Below the pieces are notes generated by a model. The model did not search any database and was not told the DNA's origin. It worked only from the letters and a program-made list of their open reading frames with translations. The translations under genes and the position numbers were made by a program. DNA of 64,000 nucleotides from an uncultured delta proteobacterium (lineage in GTDB: Bacteria > Myxococcota > Myxococcia > Myxococcales > Myxococcaceae), in contig CAVYSY010000046.1 in NCBI GenBank assembly GCA_963771175.1, positions 128,001 through 192,000 on the forward strand. Direction: 5' to 3'. Below, piece after piece: positions 10,633 through 19,086 of this stretch (positions are counted from its first letter, which is position 1; each line of letters starts with the position of its first letter).

Positions 10633-11926
10633 GTCAGAAGGTCAGTGGCGTCAAGGGGATGAACGACCTCCTCCCCGGTGAGGTCGAGGTGTGGCAGCAC
10701 CGTCGAGCGCACCGCCCGCGAGCTGTTCGGGCGCTTCGGCTACGGCGAGGTGCGCACCCCCATGGTCGAGGACACCGCGCTCTTCGTGCGCAGCGTGGGC
10801 GAGGAGACCGACATCGTCGGCAAGGAGATGTACACCTTCGAGGACAAGGGCGGCCGCAGCCTCGTCCCTGCGCCCCGAGGGCACCGCGCCGGCGGCGCGC
10901 GCGTACATCGAGCACTCCGTCGTCAACCAGGAGCCGCTCACGCGCTGGTTCTACATGGGCCCGATGTTCCGCTACGAGCGCATGAAGACGGGCGCTACCG
11001 CCAGTTCCACCAGATCGGCGCCGAGGCCTACGGCGCGCAGGAGCCCGCCGCAGGACGTCGAGGTGATGGACATGGTGGTGCAGTTCCTCGAGGCGCTGGG
11101 GCTCACCGACGTCTCGCTCAACCTCAACTCGCTCGGGGACGAGGCGTGCCGGCCCGTCTACCAGGCGAAGCTGGTGGAGCACCTGCGCGCCCACCGCGAG
11201 CGAGCTGTGCGCCGACTGCCAGGAGCGGCTGGATGCGCAACCCGCTGCGGGTGCTCGACTGCAAGAACCGAGCGCTGCCAGGAGATCGCCAGCGCCGCGC
11301 CCAACATCCTCGAGTTCCTGTGCGAGCCGTGCCGCGCGCACTTCGCCGAGGTGCAGCGCAAGCTGGACGCGCTCGGCATCCGGTACGTCGTCAACCCGCG
11401 CATCGTGCGCGGGCTCGACTACTACACGCGCACCACGTTCGAGTTCATCGCCTCGCACCCCGCGCTGGGCACCGCCAGCACCGTGGGCGGCGGCGGGCGC
11501 TATGACAAGCTGGTGAAGAGCCTGGGCGGGCCGGACGTGCCCGCGGTGGGCTTCGGCCTCGGGTTGGATCGGCTCTGCCTGCTGCTCAAGGAGAGCGGCC
11601 AGCAGTTCTCCCAGCCGGCGGACCTCTTCGTCGCCGTGGCGGACGAGGGCTCGGCGGATGCCGCCTTCGTGCTCGCCAGCACGCTGCGCCGCGAGGGCCT
11701 GCGCGTGGAGTTCGACACGCGCGGCGGCAGCCTCAAGAGCCAGATGAAGCGCGCCGACAAGGTGGGGGCCCGCTACACGCTGGTGCTCGGCCAGAACGAG
11801 CGCGAGAGCGGCAAGGCCCAGCTCAAGCCCATGGCGGGCGGAGAGCCCCTCGCCGTGGAGCTCGCCCACGTGGCCCGCACCTTGCGTGAAGCACTCTCCC
11901 GGTCCTCGACTCCCTCGGCCTCCTGA
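10629..11926 (+). CDS. hisS: Histidine--tRNA ligase (multiple apparent frameshifts)
   Basis: [61 protein letters not shown] and the anticodon-binding domain [11 protein letters not shown]. Confidence 0.95.
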
Positions 11927-12039
11927 GCCGCGGGGAAGGGTGGATAGCCGGTAAAGCCCGCCAGACCCCTGACAATCCAAGGGGTTGGGCGGGCGGCGAT
12001 TTGGGGGTGTCGCCGAGGTGACGTTACAATCGTGCTCCA

Positions 12040-12447
12040 GTGATGCCACAGGACTGGACGCACGCGGAGCGAGAGGGCCCGTGCTGGATTCCCATCCGGG
12101 GAGACAGCATGTGGCCCTCTTTGCGTTCGGGCGACGTGGCGCGCGTGGAGCCGCTGACGGAGTCTCCTCGGCCCGGCGAGGTGGTGGTCGCGCGCTTCGA
12201 CCATGCGCTGGTGGTGCACCGCGTGCGCCGCTGTGACGCGGACGCGTGCGTGCTGCGCGGGGACAACGTGCCGGCGGAGGATCCGCCCCTGCCTCGCGCG
12301 CGGCTGCTGGGGCGGGTGCGCTTCGTGCGTCGTGGGGGCGAGGTGCTCGCGCCGGCCCGGTGGGATCGGGGGCCCCTGCGTTGGGGCCGCTGGCGCGTGG
12401 TGGTGAAGCGCGGGCTGGCGGCGCTGCTCGGGCGGAGGCGCGCATGA
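12040..12447 (+). CDS. S24/S26 family peptidase (Ser-His type), no membrane anchor
   Basis: IRGDSMWPSL (catalytic Ser box), VVHRV, LRGDN; 135 aa without a hydrophobic TM segment. Confidence 0.88.
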   Translation: MMPQDWTHAEREGPCWIPIRGDSMWPSLRSGDVARVEPLTESPRPGEVVVARFDHALVVHRVRRCDADACVLRGDNVPAEDPPLPRARLLGRVRFVRRGGEVLAPARWDRGPLRWGRWRVVVKRGLAALLGRRRA

Positions 12448-12731
12448 GCTTCCGAGCGGACAGCATCCCCCATCGGCGCGAGGGCGCGGACGGTCAGCGC
12501 TTCGGCGAGGACTTCGTGGTGTTGGATCCGGAAGGTCACATGCTTCGGGGTCTCAACGAGACGGCCGCGCGGGTCTGGGAGCTGGTCGACGGCCGGCGCA
12601 CCGCGCGCGACATCGCCGGAGTGGTGGCGAGCGAGTACGGCGTGGAAGTGGAGCGGGTGCTCGGGGACTGCCTGTCCTTCCTCGCGCGACTCGTGGGACA
12701 TGGGCTGTTGGACGCGGAGGTGCATCGATGA
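12444..12731 (+). CDS. PqqD family RiPP recognition element (RRE)
   Basis: 95 aa; EDFVVLDP..LNETAARVWELVDGRRTARDIA..VASEYGVE..DCLSFLARL..GLL matches the PqqD consensus; ATGA overlaps at both ends. Confidence 0.92.
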   Translation: MSFRADSIPHRREGADGQRFGEDFVVLDPEGHMLRGLNETAARVWELVDGRRTARDIAGVVASEYGVEVERVLGDCLSFLARLVGHGLLDAEVHR

Positions 12732-13186
12732 GAGTGCTCGGGATGGCGTCTGTGCTCCTGCTGCTGGCCGCGTGCGACCAAGGCAGCGTCCCGAATCCTC
12801 CCGACTGGGGGTCGTGGAATGGCATCACTCCGCCGGTGCGGCCCACGCCGCCGCTGCCTCCGCTGGTGGGCGTGGCGGAGGTCGCCTACGTGCCCGAGGG
12901 CGCGCGCGGTCTGTCCGAGGTGACGTCGGTGGAGGTGCGGCTGCGCGTGAGTGGCATCGTCAACTCGGCGTCGGTGGACGCGGAGTTCCTCGCTCCCGGC
13001 CCCGCGGTGTACGAGCGGCGCACCCGCACGGTCGAGGCCCTCCCCACGGAGCAGCGTGAGCTCGTCTTCAGCCTGCCGGTGGCCGCCACCCAAATCCCCA
13101 TCCATGGCCTGAGTGGCTCCTGGGAGGTGCGCTTCTTCGTCGATGGCGCGCCCCTGACCACCACCGCCTTCACCCTGGAGCGCTGA
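12728..13186 (+). CDS. Lipoprotein with a single Ig-like beta-sandwich
   Basis: LLLLAAC lipobox; Pro-rich tether; GSWEVRFFVDG...AFTL terminal strands. Confidence 0.8.
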   Translation: MRVLGMASVLLLLAACDQGSVPNPPDWGSWNGITPPVRPTPPLPPLVGVAEVAYVPEGARGLSEVTSVEVRLRVSGIVNSASVDAEFLAPGPAVYERRTRTVEALPTEQRELVFSLPVAATQIPIHGLSGSWEVRFFVDGAPLTTTAFTLER

Positions 13187-13190
13187 CGCC

Positions 13191-16100
13191 ATGATCGCCC
13201 GACTGCTCGCGCTCCTGTTCCTGCTGCTGCCCGCCGCCGCGCTGGCCCAGAACGCGTGGACCGTCACGCCCGTCGACGGCTCCGCGGTGATGGGGGAGAT
13301 CTCCTCGCTCGTCTTCGAGGTGCGCAACGCCTCCACCAGCACCCGACCGATCAACGAGATCAGCCTCGCGGTGGATGGCACCGCCTATGACGTCGACGGT
13401 GGGGATGCTCCGGTGGGCTGGACGGTGAGCACCATTGATCGCAAGGAGCGCCGCATCACCTATTCGGCGAGTGGCTCCTGCGCTCCGGGGCCGTTGGGGA
13501 TCGCGCCGGGAGCCTCCGTGCGCTTCACGCTGCGGCTCGTGGGCCTCGCCGCCAACGCCGATGTCAACGACGCGCTGCTGGCCGGCAATGCCAGCAAGAA
13601 GGCGAGCGAGGCGCGCGACACCTGCTCCGGCACCACGTTCTCCGGAGACCCGACGCTGGCGCGCTGGAAGCGGGTGGGCCTGTCCGCGAGCCTCTCGGTG
13701 CTGCCGCGCACCCTCCAGCTCGGGGGCAACGTCACCGTGCAGCTCGTCGTGGTGAACCGCTCGCTGGTGAACCAGAGCGGCATCTCCCTGAGCGGCCCCG
13801 TGGTGGTGGGGAGCGCCACCTTCGACAAGACGGTGGTGAGCTTCTCGCCGGCCACGCTCTCGCTCGCGCCCGGGGCCACCGGGGCCTTCACCGGCAAGCT
13901 CCAGGCCACGGGGGAGGGGACCGCCTTCCTCCAGGCCTCGGCGGCCAACGCCGCGGTGAGCACCGCGCAGACCTCCTCGCTCCATGTGAACGTGAGCAGC
14001 TTCCCGGCGCTCATCGAGGCGCTGCCCTCCAGCATCGCCCCCGGCGATACGGTGACGGTCCGCCTCGTGGTGTCCAACCCCTCCAAGAGCACCTACCGGG
14101 ACGTCGTCCCCCGTGCTCTTGGATTCGTGGGAACGGCGACGCCCTCGATCCTGAGCGGCCCCACTCCCGCGAGCGCCACGTCGCTCAGCCCGGGCGCGTC
14201 CATCTCCTTCGTCTGGAAGTACCGCGTGGACGGGCCCATTGGCGCCACCTTCGCGTTCCAGGGCCAGGCGGATGCCACGCGCGACGGCGTGCCCCTCTCC
14301 ACGGGCCCGGTGGTCTCCTCTCAAGGGCGCATCGTGGAGCACCGGCTGGCCATCGAGCCCGCCTCCCTCATCTCCGGCGCGAGGAACAAGACGCTCCGCT
14401 ACACCCTCTACAATGGCGGCACGGTGGAGATCCGCTCCGTGAAGCTGCTCGTGCCGGACACGACCTTCTTCACCGTGTCGGGCACGCCCTTCGCCAACGA
14501 CTCCAGCGGGTGGAACACCAGCCCCAACAAGGGCTACACGTGGACGGCCCCCACTGGTGCGCCCGGCATCACTCCGGGCTCGCAGAAGACCTTCGCCATC
14601 GACTACGCCGCCATTGGCACCGTCGCCAGCGACACGGCCTTCAGCCACCAGTTGGAGCTGACGCAGGTGAGCGGCTCCACCACCAACGCCCTCCGCGTGG
14701 ATGCTCCGGTCACCGTCTTCGTCAACCGCGTGCTGCCCGAGGTCGAGTCCCTCGTGGCGCTCGCCGGGCCCCAGCGCAACACGCTCCTGTGGACCAACCC
14801 AGCCGATCATGACGGTGTGCTCGTGCTGCGCTCCGTGGGCTCCGCCCCCAGCACCGCTCCCGAGCCGGGTCGCCGCTATGTCTTGGGCGAGACGCTCGGC
14901 AACGCCACGGTGGTGTACTCGGACGAGCTGAGTGTGGCCTCCTCCTTCGCCGACACCGGGCTCACCGATGGCACCCCCTACGTCTACCGGGTCTACAACC
15001 ACGACGCGCTGTACCGGTACTCGCCGGGCAACGCGCCGCAGTCGCTCGGGTTGAAGTCGACTCCCACGGGCCGCGGGCCCGGCCAGCCGCTGTGGTGCTA
15101 CAGCGTCGGCTTCTCCTCGCTCCAGCAGCCCATCACCGAGCCGGGTCCCACCGGGGGCATCTTCACCTCCAACTCCTCGGGCCGCGTGACGGCCAGCCTG
15201 ACGAACACGTCCTCGCCCGAGCTCGACGGCAACGAGCGCTGGCGCCCGGTGCAGCTCCAGGGCGCCGTGCAGAGCCGCTTCCCGCTCGTCCCGCTGCACG
15301 GTCTTCCCGGGCAGTACATCCTCACCGGCGATCAGGCGGGCTACCCCTACGCCATCCGCGCCGAGACCGGAGAGCTCCTCTGGCGCGGCGCCTCGCTCGG
15401 CATCATCCAGTCCTTCCCCGTGGTGCAGCTCCACGACTACGCCGGCACCGCATACAAGGCGGCTCACCCCAATCGCGATCTGGCCTTCTTCGCCACCCGG
15501 TTGAGCACCGGCACCGACAACAAGGTGGTGGCGCTCGATGCCGCCACCGGCGTGCCCGTGTGGACGTACGCCCCGGGCGACCTCGGCATGGTGAGCGGGG
15601 GCATGTTGATCGACTACACGTACAACCGACTGTTCGTGGGCGCTCGCTCCAACGGAGGCTCCCTGGCCTCGCTGCGCGTCCTCGATAGCCTCACCGGCAC
15701 CGAGCTGGCCCGGCTGTCCCTTGGGGATATCGACTTCGGCCTCGTCCGCTATGGCTCGGCGCTCCTGGCGCTCGTGACGAACAGCGACGGCACCGTGTAC
15801 GGCGTCGACATGGCGAAGCTGACCGTGGCCTGGAGCGCGGCGGTGGCCACCCGCCCGTCGGCCTCGGTGCCCGCGTTCTCCCAATATGCCCGGCCGGTGA
15901 CGAGTGGCTTCGTCGTGAGCATCCTGGGCGCCACCGACGCGGAGGGCAGGGTGGAACGCTGGAACCTCACCACCACCTCCACGGGCACCACGGTGACGCG
16001 GACCTGGTCCACCCCCATCCCGAGCCCCTCCGGCTCCTTCTCGGCCACCCTGGGGGGCGTGCAGCGCCTCTATGTCGGCGGCAAGGACGAGAAGGTGCAC

Positions 16101-16253
16101 GAGCTGGAGATGGCCACCGGCGTGGATGGCAGGCAGATCTCCCTCCCTGGCGCTCTGGCCATCGGCACTCCGACAGTGGACACCTCCGTGTCGCGCCTCC
16201 ACGTGGGCACCCAGGATGGCCGCGTCTGTGCCTTCCAGGTGCCCTTCCCCTGA
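13191..16253 (+). CDS. Large secreted protein: tandem Ig-like/FN3-like domains plus C-terminal PQQ-like beta-propeller
   Basis: Sec signal ending ALA-Q; Ser/Thr-rich beta domains; FADTGLTDGTPYVYRVY (FN3-like); propeller repeats AIRAETGELLW, ALDAATGVPVW, VLDSLTGTEL, LHVGTQDGRVCAF. Confidence 0.85.
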   Translation: MIARLLALLFLLLPAAALAQNAWTVTPVDGSAVMGEISSLVFEVRNASTSTRPINEISLAVDGTAYDVDGGDAPVGWTVSTIDRKERRITYSASGSCAPGPLGIAPGASVRFTLRLVGLAANADVNDALLAGNASKKASEARDTCSGTTFSGDPTLARWKRVGLSASLSVLPRTLQLGGNVTVQLVVVNRSLVNQSGISLSGPVVVGSATFDKTVVSFSPATLSLAPGATGAFTGKLQATGEGTAFLQASAANAAVSTAQTSSLHVNVSSFPALIEALPSSIAPGDTVTVRLVVSNPSKSTYRDVVPRALGFVGTATPSILSGPTPASATSLSPGASISFVWKYRVDGPIGATFAFQGQADATRDGVPLSTGPVVSSQGRIVEHRLAIEPASLISGARNKTLRYTLYNGGTVEIRSVKLLVPDTTFFTVSGTPFANDSSGWNTSPNKGYTWTAPTGAPGITPGSQKTFAIDYAAIGTVASDTAFSHQLELTQVSGSTTNALRVDAPVTVFVNRVLPEVESLVALAGPQRNTLLWTNPADHDGVLVLRSVGSAPSTAPEPGRRYVLGETLGNATVVYSDELSVASSFADTGLTDGTPYVYRVYNHDALYRYSPGNAPQSLGLKSTPTGRGPGQPLWCYSVGFSSLQQPITEPGPTGGIFTSNSSGRVTASLTNTSSPELDGNERWRPVQLQGAVQSRFPLVPLHGLPGQYILTGDQAGYPYAIRAETGELLWRGASLGIIQSFPVVQLHDYAGTAYKAAHPNRDLAFFATRLSTGTDNKVVALDAATGVPVWTYAPGDLGMVSGGMLIDYTYNRLFVGARSNGGSLASLRVLDSLTGTELARLSLGDIDFGLVRYGSALLALVTNSDGTVYGVDMAKLTVAWSAAVATRPSASVPAFSQYARPVTSGFVVSILGATDAEGRVERWNLTTTSTGTTVTRTWSTPIPSPSGSFSATLGGVQRLYVGGKDEKVHELEMATGVDGRQISLPGALAIGTPTVDTSVSRLHVGTQDGRVCAFQVPFP

Positions 16254-16260
16254 GCCCTCG

Positions 16261-16443
16261 ATGACGCGCGATCCCCAGCCACCTCCCGAGGGAGCTCCGC
16301 CCGCGCCGGCCGTGGCCTCGCGTGCGCGCGTCTACGAGCCCCCCGCGGTGCTCTGGGAACAGCCCTTCGTCGCGCTCGCGCAGGTGTCCTTCAACGGCGA
16401 CTACGGCTGCGAGATCCCCGGCTCGTGCGAGGATATTCCGTGA
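16261..16443 (+). CDS. Putative RiPP precursor peptide (60 aa)
   Basis: MTRDPQPPPEGAPPAPAVASRARVYEPPAVLWEQPFVALAQVSFNGDYGCEIPGSCEDIP; fills the gap between flanking genes; YxxP motif; GC-ending codons. Confidence 0.75.
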   Translation: MTRDPQPPPEGAPPAPAVASRARVYEPPAVLWEQPFVALAQVSFNGDYGCEIPGSCEDIP

Positions 16444-16459
16444 GGAGGAGCCGCCGCCC

Positions 16460-17254
16460 GTGGTGACGCTGTCGCTGGCGGGCTGGACGGTGTCCCTGGA
16501 GTCCGAGGACACGGCGCTGGAGGAGCTGCTCGTCCGGGCGTGCCTCGCGTTCCGCACCTCCGAGCCGGCTCGGGCGCACGTCCGGGTGCTGCGTCCGGCG
16601 GTCTCCCGTCCGAGTCCCGCCGTGCGCTCCCTGCCGGAGATCCGCCCCGTCCCTGGTGGCGGTCAGCGGGTGGAGGGGGAGGACTACGTCGCGGACATCG
16701 CTCCCGAGGGCCGGAGCGCCACCGTGACGGGCGAGGGCCGCTTCCCCGTGGACACGGTGTTGAAGGTGATGCTCGCGGGCGAGCTGGCGAGGCGCGGGGG
16801 CCTGCTGGTGCACGGGGTGGCGGTGGAGCACCTCGGACGCGCTGCTCTGTGGACGGGCCCGTCCGGGGCGGGGAAGAGCACCCTGGCCGGGCTGTGGGCG
16901 AGGTCTGGCGGCACGGTGCTGACCGATGAGCTGGTGGCGGTGTGGCCCGAGGCGGGAGGCTGGCGCGCCGCCGGGACGCCGTGGAACGTGGGCATGCCTC
17001 GCGAGGCCTCGCTGCGCGCGGTGGGCCTCCTGGGCTGGGACTCGGGTTCGCGCTGGGAGCCCGTGGGGGCGGGGGAGGTGGCCCGGGTGCTGCTGCTCAA
17101 CGCGCTCCTGCCCGAGTCCTCCGCCGCCGGACGCCGCCATTTGATGGCTACGGCGGGCCGCCTGCTGGCGGAGGTGGAGACGGCCCGGCTCGTCTTCGCG
17201 CGAGATGCCTCCGCGGCGGACGTGGTGCGCGCGGGGCTGGAGCGCGGCTTCTAA
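16460..17254 (+). CDS. HPr kinase-related P-loop protein
   Basis: GGAGGAG RBS before GTG; LLVHGVAV...GPSGAGKSTLA...LTDE...GTPW, the His / Walker A / acidic pair layout of HprK-like kinases. Confidence 0.85.
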   Translation: MVTLSLAGWTVSLESEDTALEELLVRACLAFRTSEPARAHVRVLRPAVSRPSPAVRSLPEIRPVPGGGQRVEGEDYVADIAPEGRSATVTGEGRFPVDTVLKVMLAGELARRGGLLVHGVAVEHLGRAALWTGPSGAGKSTLAGLWARSGGTVLTDELVAVWPEAGGWRAAGTPWNVGMPREASLRAVGLLGWDSGSRWEPVGAGEVARVLLLNALLPESSAAGRRHLMATAGRLLAEVETARLVFARDASAADVVRAGLERGF

Positions 17255-17398
17255 GTCATCCGAAGAGAGTCCGTGCAGGGGTGGCTGCCGGGTGCGACCT
17301 TCGGCAACCTGTACGATAAGTGTACAAGTTGGGGCGGAGCGCGGCCGGGAGGTCGGTGGGCCTCCGTGCACAGGGGACCCGCCGGGCTCGGTCTTCGC

Positions 17399-17425
17399 AA
17401 ACCTGTCCGACAGTCGGACAGGTTT
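17399..17425. repeat. Perfect 13-bp inverted repeat (terminator, REP-like element or operator)
   Basis: AAACCTGTCCGAC-A-GTCGGACAGGTTT, followed by TT. Confidence 0.75.
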
Positions 17426-17512
17426 TTGAAAAGCGAGACCGGGAGGTGGTTGGGTCTCTTCCAGGCCCGAGGAATTCCGCTGGTTCATGGTACGAGCGGG
17501 GGTGGAGCGTCG

Positions 17513-18415
17513 ATGAAGCCCTTCCTCACCGTTATCGCTGGACCCACCGCGTCCGGAAAGACCGCGATCGCCATCGAGCTTGCCCGCCGGCAGGGTGGGG
17601 AGATCGTCAGCGCGGACTCGCAGCAGGTGTATCGGTATTTCGACATCGGCACGGCGAAGCCCTCGGCGGAGGAGCTGGCCGCCGTGCCGCACCACCTCAT
17701 CTCCGTGGTGGACCCACTCGAGCCCTTCTCCGCCGCCGAGTACCAGCGTCGGGCTGACGCGGCCATCGAGGAGATCACCTCGCGGGGGAAGCCCGTCTTC
17801 GTGGTGGGCGGGACGGGGATGTACCTCCGCATCCTGCTACACGGCCTGGTGGAGGCGCCGGGGGCGGATCCCGAGCTGCGCGCCGAGCTGGAGGCGCTTG
17901 CCGCCGCCGAGGGCCGCGAGGCCGTGCACCGCAAGCTCGCCGAGGTGGATCCGGAGACCGCCGCGAAGCTTCCGTCCCAGGATCTGGTGCGCACCATCCG
18001 GGCGCTGGAGATCCACAAGCAGACGGGGAAGCCCGCCTCCGAGTTCCGCCGGGAGCACTCCTTCACCGAGGACCGCTATCCCTTCCGGATGTACGTGCTC
18101 TCGCCGCCGCGCGAGGTGCTGTACGGCACCATCGACACGCGCACGGCGGCCATGTTCCAGCGCGGGCTGGTGGACGAGGTACGGGAGCTGATCGCCCGGG
18201 GCTACGCGGAGGCGGCGCCCATGCGCAGCGTGGGCTACGTGCAGGCGAAGGCGGTGGTGGACGGGCGGCTCCCGGTGGAGGAGGCGATCCAGCAGGCGGC
18301 ACAGGAGACGCGCCGCTACGCCAAGCGGCAGCTCACGTGGTTCCGCAAGGAGGCGGGGGCCGTCTTCGTGGAGCCCCCATATGACACGCTGCTGAAGGGC
18401 ACCGGGCCCGGGTGA
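17513..18415 (+). CDS. miaA: tRNA dimethylallyltransferase
   Basis: GPTASGKT, SADSQQVY, DIGTAKP, VGGTGMY, RRYAKRQLTWF. Confidence 0.97.
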   Translation: MKPFLTVIAGPTASGKTAIAIELARRQGGEIVSADSQQVYRYFDIGTAKPSAEELAAVPHHLISVVDPLEPFSAAEYQRRADAAIEEITSRGKPVFVVGGTGMYLRILLHGLVEAPGADPELRAELEALAAAEGREAVHRKLAEVDPETAAKLPSQDLVRTIRALEIHKQTGKPASEFRREHSFTEDRYPFRMYVLSPPREVLYGTIDTRTAAMFQRGLVDEVRELIARGYAEAAPMRSVGYVQAKAVVDGRLPVEEAIQQAAQETRRYAKRQLTWFRKEAGAVFVEPPYDTLLKGTGPG

Positions 18416-18431
18416 GGGCAGGAACGGGCGA

Positions 18432-18800
18432 CTACCGCTCGGGGAGGGACTTGAGCACGAACACGTTGCCTTCCGAGTGGAAGACCACGGACCCATGGGC
18501 CACAAGGCCCTCGGGCGTGCTCACGCGGCTGGAGGCATCCTGCCGGACGTCCTGCTCCATGTCGGAGGGGAACTCGATGGTGCTCGCCAGGACCGCGTCG
18601 CCCGGGGAGAGAGGCGAGATGGTGAAGACCGGGCAGGGGGCTCGAACGCACCGGACGCCGCTGTCGGTGAGCCGGTACAGGTCGGGCGCGGCGATGACTT
18701 CACCTTCCGCGTACTCGATATCGTCAGCGTCCCCGGGGAAGAGGGGAGTGCCACACGCTGCTGCTCCGAACATCAGGGACGCGAGGATGTACTTTCTCAT
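18432..18800 (-). CDS. Small lipoprotein with CxxAPCP motif
   Basis: MRKYILASLMFGAAAC lipobox; DSGVRCVRAPCP. Confidence 0.65.
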   Translation of the reverse strand: MRKYILASLMFGAAACGTPLFPGDADDIEYAEGEVIAAPDLYRLTDSGVRCVRAPCPVFTISPLSPGDAVLASTIEFPSDMEQDVRQDASSRVSTPEGLVAHGSVVFHSEGNVFVLKSLPER

Positions 18801-19086
18801 GGTGAACGAACCGGAGCTGCAAGGGGTATTCCTCCACCAGCGCTCGGAGTTTCGCGGGTTTGTGCGAGGTGAGGTCCTCAAAAATCCGAGATCCCATGAC
18901 AGCGGGGGACCAGCATGAGCGGCTCCAAAGGGAAGGTCGTCCTCATCCGCGGAGCTGCAGAGCGCCCGAGGCCACACCGCCTACGGCACGAGCCGCAAGT
19001 CGGCTCCCGCGCCGACGGGCCACCGGATGTTGGAGATGGATGTGACCCGGGACGACTCGGTCATGTCCTACTACGGCCTGTAGGCG

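Noticed and set aside
4408..11926. Pseudogenes or programmed frameshifting in mlaF/mlaD/pfkB/psd/hisS
   Set aside because: Motifs are intact, hisS is essential, and no consistent slippery sequences are seen; sequencing error is more parsimonious.
12040..17254. Lasso peptide or PQQ biosynthesis cluster
   Set aside because: No asparagine-synthetase-like cyclase or B2 protease, and no Thr at -2 before a plausible lasso core. No pqqB/C/E, and the peptide lacks the PqqA ExxxY motif.
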